Assembly (NCBI GenBank): GCA_010093815.1
Contig: ML996565.1
DNA: 64,000 nt
Reading direction: 5' to 3' (one strand)
Source of the DNA: Pseudovirgaria hyperparasitica
Taxonomy: Eukaryota
In this document: in pieces, positions 50,878 to 62,677 of the stretch
How positions within the stretch are numbered: position 1 is the stretch's first letter
Layout of the letters: each line of letters begins with the position of its first letter
Made by a program: the position numbers and the translations under genes
The notes under the pieces: model-generated
What the model saw: only the letters and a program-made list of their open reading frames with translations
Told to the model about the DNA's origin: nothing
Database searches by the model: none

Positions 50878-51285
50878 GCAGGATGACGTACCTCTCGGAG
50901 CAGTAGAGGATGTTGTTGCAGGGCGTGATGATCTGCTTCTCGCAGCTTGCACTGTTTTGAAGGAGTCAGCAGGGTGAATGCGTCATGACGACAACAACAT
51001 CAACACAACAACAACAACAACATACCAGAACTGCAGGAAGCTCGTCGCCATCGTGTCCTCCTCGCCGTCGTCCTTGGCCTGGCGCTGCTGCTGGCCCTGT
51101 CCCGACTTCACCAGCGACGACGACGACGACGACCCCTTTGCTGCGGCGGCCGAGGAGTGAGTGCGCTTATGGCCCGAGACGGGACGAAGATGGTGATGGT
51201 GATGATGAGGACGACCAGCAGGCAGATGAGACGGCGGCGTCGTGTACTTTTTAGCAGAGAGCCGAGCGGTCGAAGCGGTGGCCAT
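49906..51285 (-). CDS. Ecl1-family (life-span regulatory factor) protein; exons 51285-51026, 50951-50892, 50788-49906
   Basis: Splicing reconstructs MATSFLQF-C-ASCEKQIITPCNNILYCSERCRRSD, the Ecl1 Cys motif, followed by a low-complexity tail. Introns GTATGT..CTGAC..CAG and GTACGT..CTAAC..AAG; the second holds a (CTG)n tract. Alternative start at 51051. Confidence 0.82.
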
Positions 51286-53229
51286 AGCACACACTCACAC
51301 ACGCGATGCAGTAGCAGGATTGCTATCAATGCACGATTTGCTCGATCGCAGCAGCAGGGTACAACAGGGGGGAGGGGGGGAGGGAAAAAGAGACGGTGAG
51401 ACAAGACGGTCTGTCTGGATAATTAGGGTGAGATCAGGCCTGCCCGTGACGAGGTGACGACGAGTGAAGTGTAAAGTAATCTGTTTGGCGCGTATCAGAC
51501 GACGGTCAGCGGGATGTTGGTGGATGAAGGGAATTGATGCTGGCGATGCTGGCGATGCTGGTGATATCTCTCTCTTCTGCTCTTCGCCGTCTCCTTGTCC
51601 TGTCCTCCCTCTCGGCGAACCAAGGGATAGCAGTGTTTTGGCTTTTTGCCTTTCTGGCACCTTATCTGGTGGCTACTGGCACTCGATAAGGTATCTTGCC
51701 CACTATGGATTGCTCGCATCCACTTATCGCCCACTAAATTATCGACCGTTCCTATCTTTGGGCTGTTGGCTGACTTATCTGGCGCCACGGGGTCAGCATC
51801 CCATCCGTTTGGTTCAGGAACAGGATCAGGATCAGTGGGACAAAACAGCAGGATCAGCAAAGACAGAGAACAGGAACAGGAAGATTGCCAGCTGTATCGT
51901 GCTGCCTGCATTTCCCATTCCCATCCTTTTTTTTTTTGCAACCGAGACAGGGGAGTGATAATTGATTGATTGTTCGTATAATAAATACTTACTATGAGTG
52001 TGAATATAGATAGGGACCAAGCAGGCCAAGCGGGAGGAGGTGCGTATATCCGAGTACAGGGCCGCGTCGTTGCGAGTCTGACTGACTGACTGCGCCCCCT
52101 GGAAACGTTAAGCCGAGGATAAGCGAGGATGCGGTGTGCGTCTCTGTGTCTTTGCTGCTTGTTTGTTGCTGGTTGCTCTGTGACTCTCTCTGCCTTATCA
52201 CCAATATATTCTTCTGTCTTGTCTTGCCTTGTCTTGACGTGTCCTGGTGCGACGACTCTCGCGTCGTGATGCCGGGTCGAGATAGATAACGACAAAGGTT
52301 GAGATAAGAATGGCTCAAATGTCGGTCAAGGGAGGGTGAGTGTTGGACGTGAAGCTGCTGTATACCTCACTATATAGTAGTGTATATACCGAGTCCAGTC
52401 GAGCACTTGTACTCGCCGGGCGTTGGGGCGCTATTTATCCAGCAAACTTCACCTCCACTACTACCACCATCATCCTGTTATCCTCCATTCCTCTTACCAA
52501 TTGTCTTGCTCCACCTCAACTTGCTATTGGAGCAGCAAGAAACAATGGAGCCATCCATGCGTCCACGTCTCTGAGCACACAATCCAAGTCCTCGCCCTCG
52601 TCATCCATACAATCACTGTGCAGACCCCGCCGCCAAGCCTGCTTGTTCTGGAAGCTCTACCTAATTATCCTGCCTGACCTCTTCTCCACCACTGACCACT
52701 CTCTCTCCTCTTCGTCCTCCAACCTCACATCCTCTAATTACCACTGCACATCTGTGTACCTGTCCCGTCTCTGTGCGTGTACTGTGTAAACTCCCCGAAT
52801 TCATATCCACCTCCTCTGCACCTCGCTACCAACAGCTCCCTCGCCTACTCCGCGACCTCTACAAGCTATCAGCAATTCTCGCCCACGTCCCCGTGCCTGA
52901 CTTGTCCCTGTCCCGTCTCACCACTCCGTTCCGATGCACCACCACATAGCAGCACCATGTCAATCCACCCCGTACCACTCTTCTCTCTTCAGCTTCCACA
53001 ATTGGTTCTCTGTCCCACACACTCCTGGGACACGTTGTCTTGCTCGTCTCGCATGTGCCCGGCTTGAGGAAAAAAAACACATGCAACGCGCGTCTAAGAA
53101 TGTGCTCAATTCTTTGTGTGCTCCACTCGTCTATTCTTCTGCGTCGTCCTGACTCCTGTCCGGCAACGCGCATCGCATCTAACTTGTGGTTGGTCGGCTC
53201 CACTCCGGCCCCAGACTTTCATGTGAACC

Positions 53230-54612
53230 TTATAGCTGCATGCCCTGATCGCCAGCAGACAACGCTGCAGCTGCTGAAATGTGGAGGATTCGCAGTCCAA
53301 CCGCTGTGCTGTAGAATGGGCCCTGCTGCTGCTGCTCTGTTGCGGCTACAAAGTTGATTTCCCCGAGTCCAAATCCTCGCTTCCCTATTCGGTGCTTGGT
53401 GATTAGCAGAACAGTAGGACTAGCCAGCATTCTTGTAGGCTGGTGGTACACTGTACGATGCTGCCAAAGCTTAATGCGGTCGACTTACTGCACGCTGTAA
53501 CAAAAGCCTCAAACGTTGCCTCATTCCGTATCGTCGCCGCCATCAATACCTGCAACTCTGGCCTCCACTCCATCAACCGTCCAATCGTGCTGACCAATGC
53601 TGGAATCACACTCTTGTCGTACGTCCATACCCATCCGCGTCAGTACATTGCCACATCTCCATCATGCCGAGCCTACTGCTACTTACCACGTCTGCACCCA
53701 CAACCACGTCCAGCTCGGCCACCGCGTAGTCCTCCCCCATCGCCCCCATCGCCGATGGAGATCCCCACTTCAGCGCCGCTGCCTCAATCCGTCCACTGTC
53801 GTCTAGACCGTTCAGGAACAGGTTGTCCCTGATCGCATCTACCACAATCTCCACCCCGTCCGTTGCGACAACACGTTTCGCGCCCAGGTGCTTGGCTGCC
53901 AGGATCGATACCAGCCCTGTTCCTGCCCCGAGCTCCATTATGGTTTTGTCTTTGACGTACGCCTGCCCTTCTCTGGTCGTGAGATATGCCCCGAGATGCA
54001 GAGCCGCCTCCCACGTCCGCAGTCCCGTCGTGCCTGACCCGGATATCACTGCCCGGGACTCGAGTAGTGTGACCGGGCGGTCGATGGACGGGCATGCATT
54101 GTCTGACGAGGACGACGACGACGTGAAGTTGTACGTCACAAACGCCTTTTCTTGCGCTGCCTCTGCTTCCGACGGCAGACTTGCCCCCATGAGCCGTGCC
54201 AGCGTCGCCATGAGACTGTCTGATATTTCCTGTCCCAAACATAGTCAACTCCGATAATAATTCTAATTTTGCGTGCCACGTGCTTGTATTACAGACGAAT
54301 GCAAATCTGGACTGAAACAGTCTTTTAAGAGTGATAACTACAAGGAACGCCTACATCTTCTTCCGGATCCGTGATTGCTTGCTCAATCAGCCGCGTGATT
54401 CTCTTCAGCAGTCGGAGCTGGTATCTGGGCGGCGGCAGATATTGCACTTGCTCCTCGTCGAAAAGCTGCTGGAAGAGCCATGATTGCACTTTTGCACTCT
54501 TCAGCACCTCTTTTGCGGGCAGCGATATTAGGCTTGGCTCTACGAGCTGGAAGTATTGTCTGCGGACAAGTGCAAGCCGGGCCTCCAGCTGCGCGTCCAT
54601 CTCCATGCTCAT
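53230..54612 (-). CDS. EFM3: Protein-lysine N-methyltransferase EFM3/EEF2KMT (FAM86-like); exons 54612-54355, 54229-53687, 53624 (or 53612)-53489, 53384-53230
   Basis: FAM86 N-terminus RRQYFQL..PPPRYQLR.LK..IE; VTLLESR.VISGSGTTGLRTWEAALHL, MELGAGTGLVS, VVATDG, LKWG, VVGADV-TYD and AATIRNEATF. Intron 2 acceptor is non-canonical (see findings). Confidence 0.9.
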
Positions 54613-54877
54613 TGCTCGAGCCTCAACGTGCAGCGCAATGCCAGGTCGTGAGCATTAATTATGCCTCGAGCCATGAAGTCGATGTGGTCGACACATACCA
54701 CGCTAACCCCATATCCAGCCTAGCGCGGCGTGCTCCTTGGCGCCCACAATACTCGCTTAGTTTTTCACACCCACGATCTCGAAACCTCCCGACGACGAAC
54801 GACCGATCAACTAACCACTCTCTTCCACAGCAACACACCCACAACAGATACCTGGACGTTTCGATCGAAGACTCACG

Positions 54878-54953
54878 GTACGCTGCCGCCCTGGACTTCC
54901 CTCGAATTCGCTCGCGCTGCGCCAGCTCAACTAACCCTCTGACGCACACACAG
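54878..54953 (+). other. Probable 5'-UTR intron of RPS24
   Basis: GTACGC donor, CTAAC/CTGAC branch and CAG acceptor 25 nt upstream of the RPS24 ATG. Confidence 0.65.
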
Positions 54954-54978
54954 AATCTCGATCGCCAAAACGCCCAAT

Positions 54979-55581
54979 ATGTCTGACCCCGTCACCCTAC
55001 GCACGCGGAAGTTCATCCGCAACCCGCTCCTCGGACGCAAGCAGATGGTTGTGTAAGTCGCACCTCTCCCGCTTGTCGTAGACAGGACACAGGATTTGAG
55101 ATGAATGACGGACGGATTGACGGATTACCGAATTGAAGAAACCGGAATTGATGGCTAACACGTCTCCCCTCCCAACAGCGACGTCCTCCACCCCAACCGC
55201 GCAAACGTGTCCAAGGACGAGCTCCGAGACAAGCTCGCAGAGCTGTACAAGACCGGCAAGGACACGGTGTCGGTATTCGGCTTCAAGACCCAGTACGGTG
55301 GCGGCAAGAGCACCGGCTTCGCCCTCATCTACGACTCGAACGAGGCCATGAAGAAGTTTGAGCCGCACTACAGACTCGTCCGCGTCGGCATGGCGGATAA
55401 GATTGAGAAGGCGTCGAGACAGCAACGTACGTGTTTTTGTCAACTACAGTATCCACTACAGTAGTCTGGAAGGCGGAATGCTAACACTTTACGAAAAACA
55501 GGCAAGCAACGCAAGAACAGGGCAAAGGAGTTCCGCGGTGTGGCAAAGACCAAGGGCGGTGCCAAGGACAAGAAGAAATAG
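54979..55581 (+). CDS. RPS24: 40S ribosomal protein S24 (eS24); exons 54979-55052, 55179-55426, 55502-55581
   Basis: [90 protein letters not shown]; canonical introns. Confidence 0.98.
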
Positions 55582-55977
55582 ATGTGACGACGACGATTGT
55601 GTGGGCAGTAGTGGTGATGGGAGAGGGATTCAGGATTTGCGCGCCGGCCTGGCATGTGGCATGGACATGGCATGGCATGGCATGGCATTAGGGCGGGCGC
55701 TTTCGGGCTCGCGTATATCGTGTACAATACGTACCCTCGATAAAGTCGTCATTGCATTACCTTCTTCCCAACACGACACGCTCATGCGGCGGACGACCGG
55801 ATGGGGATACTCTGCCAACGAATCTTGACGGCGTTTCTCCTGCCCGTCTCGTTCCGCCAGGTCTTTGTGTTGTCTTGATGCCGTGCTCTTGACAGTCGTG
55901 TCATCACGTTTCCTGCACGCGTCATGAATCTCGAGATGACTCTCTTGAACATACAGCATGCCTTATATGTCAGATCT

Positions 55978-56045
55978 TACCTACCTACCTGTCCTACCTA
56001 CCTGTCCTACCTACCTGTCCTACCTACCTGTCCTACCTACCTACC
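55978..56045. repeat. (CTAC)/(CTGTC) compound microsatellite
   Basis: Read directly from the sequence. Confidence 0.9.
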
Positions 56046-56286
56046 CAACTACAACTACCCAATCCAATTCACAAACCTCATCCACGCCACTGGAGCTATA
56101 CTATACCATGCAATGCTTAAATATGCCCAAATAGTTCAAACACCACCCATCCATCCCCATCCCTCTCCATTCCTCCACAGCTCATCCACACATTCTTATC
56201 TATCCGCCTTTATGTCTTCTTATTCTTCCTCTTCCTCTTACCCCAATTTTCCTCCCTCTATCCTCCCCGTCTACCGGGCAGTATAG

Positions 56287-56390
56287 CTATAGAGTAGCCA
56301 TAGAGTCGCTATAGAGTAGCCATAGAGTCGCTATAGAGTAGCCATAGAGTCGCTATAGAGTAGCCATAGAGTCGCTATAGAGTAGCCATA
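56287..56390. repeat. 22-nt minisatellite (CTATAGAGTAGCCATAGAGTCG) x4.7, built from two related 11-mers, followed by degenerate copies to about 56441
   Basis: Four perfect copies at 56287-56374 plus a partial copy; no spacers. Confidence 0.95.
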
Positions 56391-57095
56391 TAATAGCTAT
56401 GAACAGATAGACTAGCTATAAACAGATAAGAACTGCTATAGAAATCGAGCATACAGATCTATCGTGCCGGCTTTGCTGCTTAGTGAGTGCTCTGCTCTAT
56501 ATCTCGTGTTTCGTTTCGTCCGTGTAGATATCGCTCGTATGTGTCTTCTATATCTCGTTTATCCTACATCTCCCGTGTAGATATCAGAGGAGGAGGGGGA
56601 GAGGATGGACAGAGGACAGAAGACAGACCGCGTGGTGAGTAATATAAGTGTGTATGTATATGTACGGTTTTATCTACGCGACCTGAATGGGATTGCCCTA
56701 CATCCCGTAGTGCCCTAGTTGATCGCATAGTATCCCTGATCCCGCATACACAGAAAGTAACAAATGAACGAACTGACTTTTGTTGACGCCTTTTTTGTCC
56801 TGGCTGTCTGGCTGTCTGTCTGGCTTTCTGACTGTCTGGTAGGACAGCTAAGGGTATTTCTATGGCAGCGTTCAAGCAGTTGGAAATACACACTGCTGCT
56901 CTTCTAGACCGTGGACCGTGGTCCGTGGTTTGAGATGCGTGTCCATCACACCGCGGAGTCGTATCTATCCATTCCTAACTTTTATTTCTTGGTTCTCTTC
57001 CCCCTCTCATTCGTGTGTTCGTCCGTCTTTTCCTCCGCTCTGCCCAAGCAAGCAAGCAAGCCCACACACCCGTCCATTCCGCCCACTCCACCCAC

Positions 57096-57783
57096 TCAAG
57101 TCGTCGTAAACAACGTGTCCTCCTCGCGCAGATACTCCCCGATATCCGCCTGTCGAAACGTCGCCACGGCAGTCGGATCCAGGCGCCGCGCCTCGGCCGT
57201 GCTCCGCGCCGTCACACCGAAGCCCTACAACACACACAAACAAGAGTCAGCACTCCATCTCCCAACCCCTTCCTTTCCCACCAACCCCCTCAGAACAAAG
57301 CGCCAAAAAAAAGAACCAAAAACTCACAATAGCAACATCCCCCCCCCCCAAAACAAGCACCCCCTGCCCCGCCGCACAATCCTCACTCCACCGCCCCACA
57401 TGCGCCTTGAGCACATTCCCCCCATACAAAAACGGCATCTCGCCATTCTGCTTCACCCAGACGCGGTAGCGGGCATGCGGCGCGATGACGTCCAAGGCAG
57501 TGATATGCAGGCGGAATTGGCCTGTTTTTGTGAATTTGCCGAGGCAGGTGCCGAGGGAGAGGAGGGCGTGGCGGGAGATGGAGGTGGCGTGGTTGGCGAG
57601 GGATTCGCGGACGTAGTAGACGCGGCTGTGGTGGAGGCGGAAGACGTGGCGGGAGGTGGATTGGGATTGGGAGGTGGTGGTGGATTGGGAGGGAGGGGAG
57701 AGGAGGGTTTTGAGGGAGGGCCCGGTGTAGGAGGCGAGTTTGGTGAAGAGGGTGCGGGTTTCGGGTTCGGTTAAGGGGCGCAT
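57096..57783 (-). CDS. NIP7: 60S ribosome biogenesis protein Nip7; exons 57783-57328, 57224-57096
   Basis: [78 protein letters not shown]..|[26 protein letters not shown]. Confidence 0.97.
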
Positions 57784-58064
57784 TTTTGAAGATTTGAGGT
57801 TGAGGTTGAGGTTGTGGTTGTGGTTTGTGTATGGGAGAGATAATTGAAAGCATGGGGAGAAAATAATTCTGAAGTTGGAGTTCTGCGACAGTACCGCGCT
57901 AGGCCCGATTCGGCATTTTCTGCAAGGAAAAAGCTCAGACTTTGACTTTAATCCGGGTGCGTGCTCGGAGGTGCGAAATTTCATCCCGCAGAAACGGTGC
58001 ACACACACCGCCTGCTATTCTACACCACCACTTCAAGTCCTCCCCTCAAATAACACGATACACC
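57784..58064. promoter_or_regulatory. Compact bidirectional promoter shared by NIP7 and NOC3, with an RRPE-like element GCGAAATTTC at 57973-57982
   Basis: 281 nt separate the divergent ATGs of two 60S biogenesis genes. The motif only partly matches the yeast RRPE. Confidence 0.55.
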
Positions 58065-60188
58065 ATGGCTGTCCGGGCCACGAAACGCCGCCGTCTCTCG
58101 CCGCCCGACGACGCAAAACCCCCGAATGGCATGTCCAGGGCGGGCAAGAAGAAGACGCACGCCGCCGCCGCCGCAGACAAGGCGCTCGAGCACGGCGTGT
58201 TCGCTGGCACTACCGGCTGGGACGACGAGCAGGAGTACGAGAGCCGGCCGCGCAAGAGCAAGACGGAGCAGAGCAGCAAGCGCACGCGGTTGCCGATCAA
58301 GACGGCCGACGGCTGGGTAGAGCAGGAGCCCGAGGACATTCCGCACGAGGCGAGCGAGGACGAGGATGAGGACGAGGATAGTTTCCTGGGGTCAGGCGAG
58401 GATGAGGACGAGTACGAGCACGAGAACGGAGAGCCGGCGGTCGAGGACGAACAGCCCCGAATCCCCATGCGGCAGCGCATCCTCCAGGCCAAGGAGGACC
58501 TGGCCAAGATCGCGGGCCAGATCAGCGAGGACCCGGAGACGAACATCAACGCGGTGAGGCTGCTCGAGGAGTTTGCCGACGCGCCGCACGTGCCGGTGCA
58601 GAAGCTGGCGCTGGCCACCCAGCTGGCCGTCTACAAGGACCTCATCCCGAGCTACCCCATCCGGCCCGTCAAGGAGGACGAGGTCAGCTCGACAAAGGTG
58701 TCCAAGGAGGTGCGCAAGCTGCGCAGCTTCGAGCAGACCCTGCTGGCCGGCTATCACAAGTATCTCCAGCGGCTCGCCGGGATCGCAAAGGCTGGTGCGC
58801 GGGAGAGTGCTGACGCGGCGTCGCTGGTGACGGTGGCGTTTAGCTGTGCGTGCAATCTGCTGGTGTCGGTGACGCACTTTAACTTTCGTGATCTGCTGAT
58901 TGGCATTGTTGTGCGCAGGCTGGGCAGGGAGCGTGTGGATGGGGACTTTCGGAAGTGTGTCGAGTGTCTGGAGACGCTGTTCAAGAATGACGAGGACGGA
59001 TATGCTTCGCTCGACGCGGTCAAGGCGCTGCAGACCATGATCAAGGCGCGCCACTACAACATTCACGAAAACGTGCTCAACACCTTCCTGTCCCTGCGCC
59101 TTCTCTCGGAGCTGTCGGTCAAGGGCTCGCATCAGCGCATCGACAAGACGGACGAGTCCGCGCAGACCAAGTCCAAGTTCAAGAAGGAGTTCCGCACCAA
59201 GCGCGAGAGGAAGCTCGCGCGCGAGAACAAGGCCATCCAGAAGGAGTTTGCCGAGGCCGACGCCGCCGTCTCGCACGAGGACCGCGACAAGAACCAGTCC
59301 GAGACGCTCAAGATCGTCTTTGTCGTCTACTTCCAGATCCTGAAGAAGCGCTCGCGCAAGCTCATGGGCGCCGTGCTCGAGGGTCTCGCAAAGTACGCAC
59401 ACCTCATCAACCAGGACTTCTTCGGCGACATCCTCGAGGTGCTCAAGGAGCTCATCTCCAACGCATCGCTGTACACGGACGACAACGATGACAACACCGA
59501 CGACGACAACAACAACGACGAAGAGCTCGCCTCCACAAGCGTCCGCCAAGCAGCAACCCGCTCCTCGCTCCTCTGCTGCGTCACCGCCTTCGCCCTCCTC
59601 CAAGGCCAGGACGCCTCCTACGCAACCTCCACCCTCCACCTCGACCTCAGCTTCTTCGTCGCCCACCTCTACCGCACCCTCCTCCCCGTCTCCCTCAACC
59701 CCGACATCGAACTCAACGCCAAATCCCTCCACCTGCCCGACCCCCACACCACCCACACCCACGCCCCCGCCCCTCCGCCCCCAGACCGCAAAGTAAACGT
59801 CCAAACCACCACCGTCCTCCTCATCCGCTGCCTCACCTCCACCCTCCTCCCCGCCCACGCCGCCCGCTCCATCCCCGCCCAGCGCATCGCCGCCTTCACG
59901 AAACACCTCCTCATCGCCGCCTGCCAGCTCCCCGAGAAGAGCGCCCTCGCCATGCTCGGCTTGCTCACTCTCGTTACGAAGACGCACGGCAAGAAAGTGG
60001 CTGCGCTGTGGCGCACCGAGGAGAGGCGTGGCGACGGCGTGTTTGACCCGCTGTGTGAGCGGCCCGAGGCGAGTAATCCGTTTGCGAGCACGGCGTGGGA
60101 GGGCGAGGTGTTGAGGGTGCATTTTAGTCCTGCGGTGAGGGAGGCGTATAGGGAGGTTGAGAGGGGGGTTAGGGAGGCTGTGAGGTAG
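58065..60188 (+). CDS. NOC3: Nucleolar complex protein 3 (CBF/Mak21 family), intronless
   Basis: EQEYESRPR..RLPIKTADG, AKEDLAKIA..I.EDPE, LAVYKDLIPSY.IRP, SKEVRKLRSFEQ.L, THFNFR, VLEGLAKYAHLINQDFFGD.LE and PEASNPFAST.WEGE.LR.HF.P.V. Confidence 0.95.
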   Translation: MAVRATKRRRLSPPDDAKPPNGMSRAGKKKTHAAAAADKALEHGVFAGTTGWDDEQEYESRPRKSKTEQSSKRTRLPIKTADGWVEQEPEDIPHEASEDEDEDEDSFLGSGEDEDEYEHENGEPAVEDEQPRIPMRQRILQAKEDLAKIAGQISEDPETNINAVRLLEEFADAPHVPVQKLALATQLAVYKDLIPSYPIRPVKEDEVSSTKVSKEVRKLRSFEQTLLAGYHKYLQRLAGIAKAGARESADAASLVTVAFSCACNLLVSVTHFNFRDLLIGIVVRRLGRERVDGDFRKCVECLETLFKNDEDGYASLDAVKALQTMIKARHYNIHENVLNTFLSLRLLSELSVKGSHQRIDKTDESAQTKSKFKKEFRTKRERKLARENKAIQKEFAEADAAVSHEDRDKNQSETLKIVFVVYFQILKKRSRKLMGAVLEGLAKYAHLINQDFFGDILEVLKELISNASLYTDDNDDNTDDDNNNDEELASTSVRQAATRSSLLCCVTAFALLQGQDASYATSTLHLDLSFFVAHLYRTLLPVSLNPDIELNAKSLHLPDPHTTHTHAPAPPPPDRKVNVQTTTVLLIRCLTSTLLPAHAARSIPAQRIAAFTKHLLIAACQLPEKSALAMLGLLTLVTKTHGKKVAALWRTEERRGDGVFDPLCERPEASNPFASTAWEGEVLRVHFSPAVREAYREVERGVREAVR

Positions 60189-60713
60189 GGTTTGGGTTAG
60201 GGGTGGGATGGGATGGGATGGAAGGAGGGAAAGGGAAGGGAAGGGAAGGGAGCGGGTGGATGTGGAGGTGCTGTTTGTGGTAGTGATTAAAAGAGCATGT
60301 AGATGTTGGTTGTGTTGTAGCAATGCATATAGGCATGTGTCGCGCTCTGACGCCACGTTCTTCTCGTTTATAACTTACGTCGAGAACTACATCAGCAACA
60401 CGGCATCTCAATCCTTGCCCAACATGTTCATTATTCTAAATATCTGCCTTCTCTATCCCTACTAGCGAACGCCTGATTGTTTTGGCGTCTGGACGTTTGA
60501 AATGCTCCTATGGAACTCCTGGGGTGTTACATATGTACAAGACACCAAGACCAGACTAGTCCCAAAACAGCTATATAGCTATACACCCCCGCTCCCTATC
60601 CATCCATCTATCCGCCCATATAAAAACCTACACCCAAACTTGACCACAAACAAACCAAAACAAACAACCTCCATCCCAACCCATCACCACAAACCTCCCG
60701 AAAAAAACATGCA

Positions 60714-62380
60714 ATGCGCAGAGTCGTCATCACAGGCCTCGGCGCAGTAACACCCCTCGGCGTCGGTACATCTCTCCCCTAATCTCCCTCCCTCCCTCCT
60801 CTCCTTCTCAACCCCAACTAACACAACCCAAGGCATAACCCACACCTGGCCACGCCTCCTCCGCAGCAAAAGCGGCGTCCTCTCCACGCACGCCCTCGGC
60901 CCCAAGTTCAGCGCCCTGCCAAGCCAAGTCGCAGGCCTCGTTCCCGCGGGCCGCAAGGACGACGGTGGATGGACGGCGGACGAGTGGGTTGTGACGGCGG
61001 GGGAGCGGCGGCGGATGGCGCTGTTTGCGCAGTATGGGATGGCGGCGAGTGAGATGGCGATGCGGGATGCGGGGTGGGTGCCGTGGCGGGAGGGGGATTT
61101 GGCTGCTACGGTGAGTTTTTGGGCTGAGGGGGGACTTTTGGGAAGGGGAGAGAGGGATGTGTATGTGAGAGAGAGAGAGAGAGAGAACGTGCTGATTTTG
61201 AGGGCGTGGGATAGGGCGTTTGTTTGGGGTCTGGGATTGGGAGTTTTGAGGATGTGTATGAGACTAGTGTGGCGTTTGAGAAGGGGGTGAGTATCTTGGT
61301 GTGTGGGTGGGTGGTGGCTGATGTGTGCGGCAGGGGTATCATAAGGTGTCGCCGTTGTTTGTGCCGCGACTGCTGATTAATTTGGCGGCTGGGCATGTTT
61401 CGATGAGGTATGGCTTGAGGGTGGGTTTGGATGCGGATTCCATGTGTGTTTGTTGACTGACTGACTGACTGACTGGAAAGGGACCGAATCATGCGGTGAC
61501 GACGGCGTGCACGACTGGTGCACATTGTATTGGCGATGCGGCGCGCTTGATCAGTTATGGCGATGCAGATGTTATGATAGCTGGGGGTGCGGAGTCTTGC
61601 ATTCATCCCTTGGCGATAGCAGGCTTTGCGCGCGCGAGGAGTCTGGCTACGGACTGGAACGACCGTCCGAGTGAGGCGTCCAGGCCTTTTGACAAAGACC
61701 GCGCTGGCTTTGTGATAGGGGAAGGGGCTGGCGTGATGGTTCTCGAAGTATGTCCGGGCAGTGTCAGTCGTGCGGTGTCATGCTAATACCAATCGACAGG
61801 AGTTAGAACACGCAAAAGCACGAGGTGCAAGAGTCTATGCTGAGCTGAAAGGCTATGGACTGTCCTCAGATGCATACCACATGACCGCACCGCGTGCGGA
61901 TGGCGATGGTCCCCTTCTGGCCATGAAGGCAGCGCTGAGAAATGCCAGCATCACTCCTGAGGCTGTCGACTACGTCAACGCCCACGCAACGTCTACCAAA
62001 CTAGGCGATGCCGCAGAGAACAGAGCTATCAAGAACCTGCTCCTCGGCGAACATGGCAAGCGAAACGCCTCTGCCATCAACATCAGCAGCACAAAAGGGG
62101 CTATTGGACACCTGCTCGGAGCCGCGGGAGCTGTGGAAGCAATCTTCTCTGTGCTCGCCATACACGAGGTGAGTCGCGTGTGCTTGACGCGCATCTGTAC
62201 TGACTGAGGCAGAATACACTCCCACCCACACTTAATCTGGATACCATCGACGCAGAGGAGGGATTCGACTGCAACTATGTCCCGAATGAGGCCCAGCAGC
62301 ACAAGGTTGATGTAGCACTCACCAACAGCTTTGGCTTTGGAGGGACAAATGCCAGTCTGTGTTTCAGTAGATACCAATGA
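60714..62380 (+). CDS. CEM1: Mitochondrial 3-oxoacyl-ACP synthase (KAS II, FabF-like); exons 60714-60765, 60833-61110, 61215-61286, 61334-61420, 61481-61747, 61800-62168, 62213-62380
   Basis: [31 protein letters not shown] (catalytic Cys), [43 protein letters not shown] and [12 protein letters not shown]. Six introns keep the frame. Confidence 0.96.
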
Positions 62381-62677
62381 ATTCCAAACACTCATACTTG
62401 TTCCATCCTGCATCTCGACCTGCTCGGGCTCGGCCGCTTGTCATGCAGCCTCGCCAAAGTCTCCGCCGCTATTCGTCTATCAACCCCACTTGGTAAACAA
62501 GCCCGCGATAGTGCCCTTCCTTAGCCCCACGCCAATAGACCCCTCTATAAAACGTGCTTCATCCCAACCACTGACTATCCACAAAGGTCGAAACGCCCAC
62601 CATTATTTGGTGTTTTCCTTTCATACACTCTTTACATGGCAGGCCATTTTGTGCGTTGATCTCCGCGAGTAGTGACT

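Noticed and set aside
56287..56390. 22-nt direct repeats as a CRISPR array
   Set aside because: Head-to-tail with no spacers, no cas genes, and the DNA is fungal.
58392..60356. 654-aa minus-strand ORF
   Set aside because: It is the antisense shadow of NOC3, kept open by GC3-biased codons; the translation is low-complexity.
60714..62380. Ketosynthase as the core of a polyketide cluster
   Set aside because: It is a stand-alone FabF-like KAS among housekeeping genes, consistent with mitochondrial FAS II.
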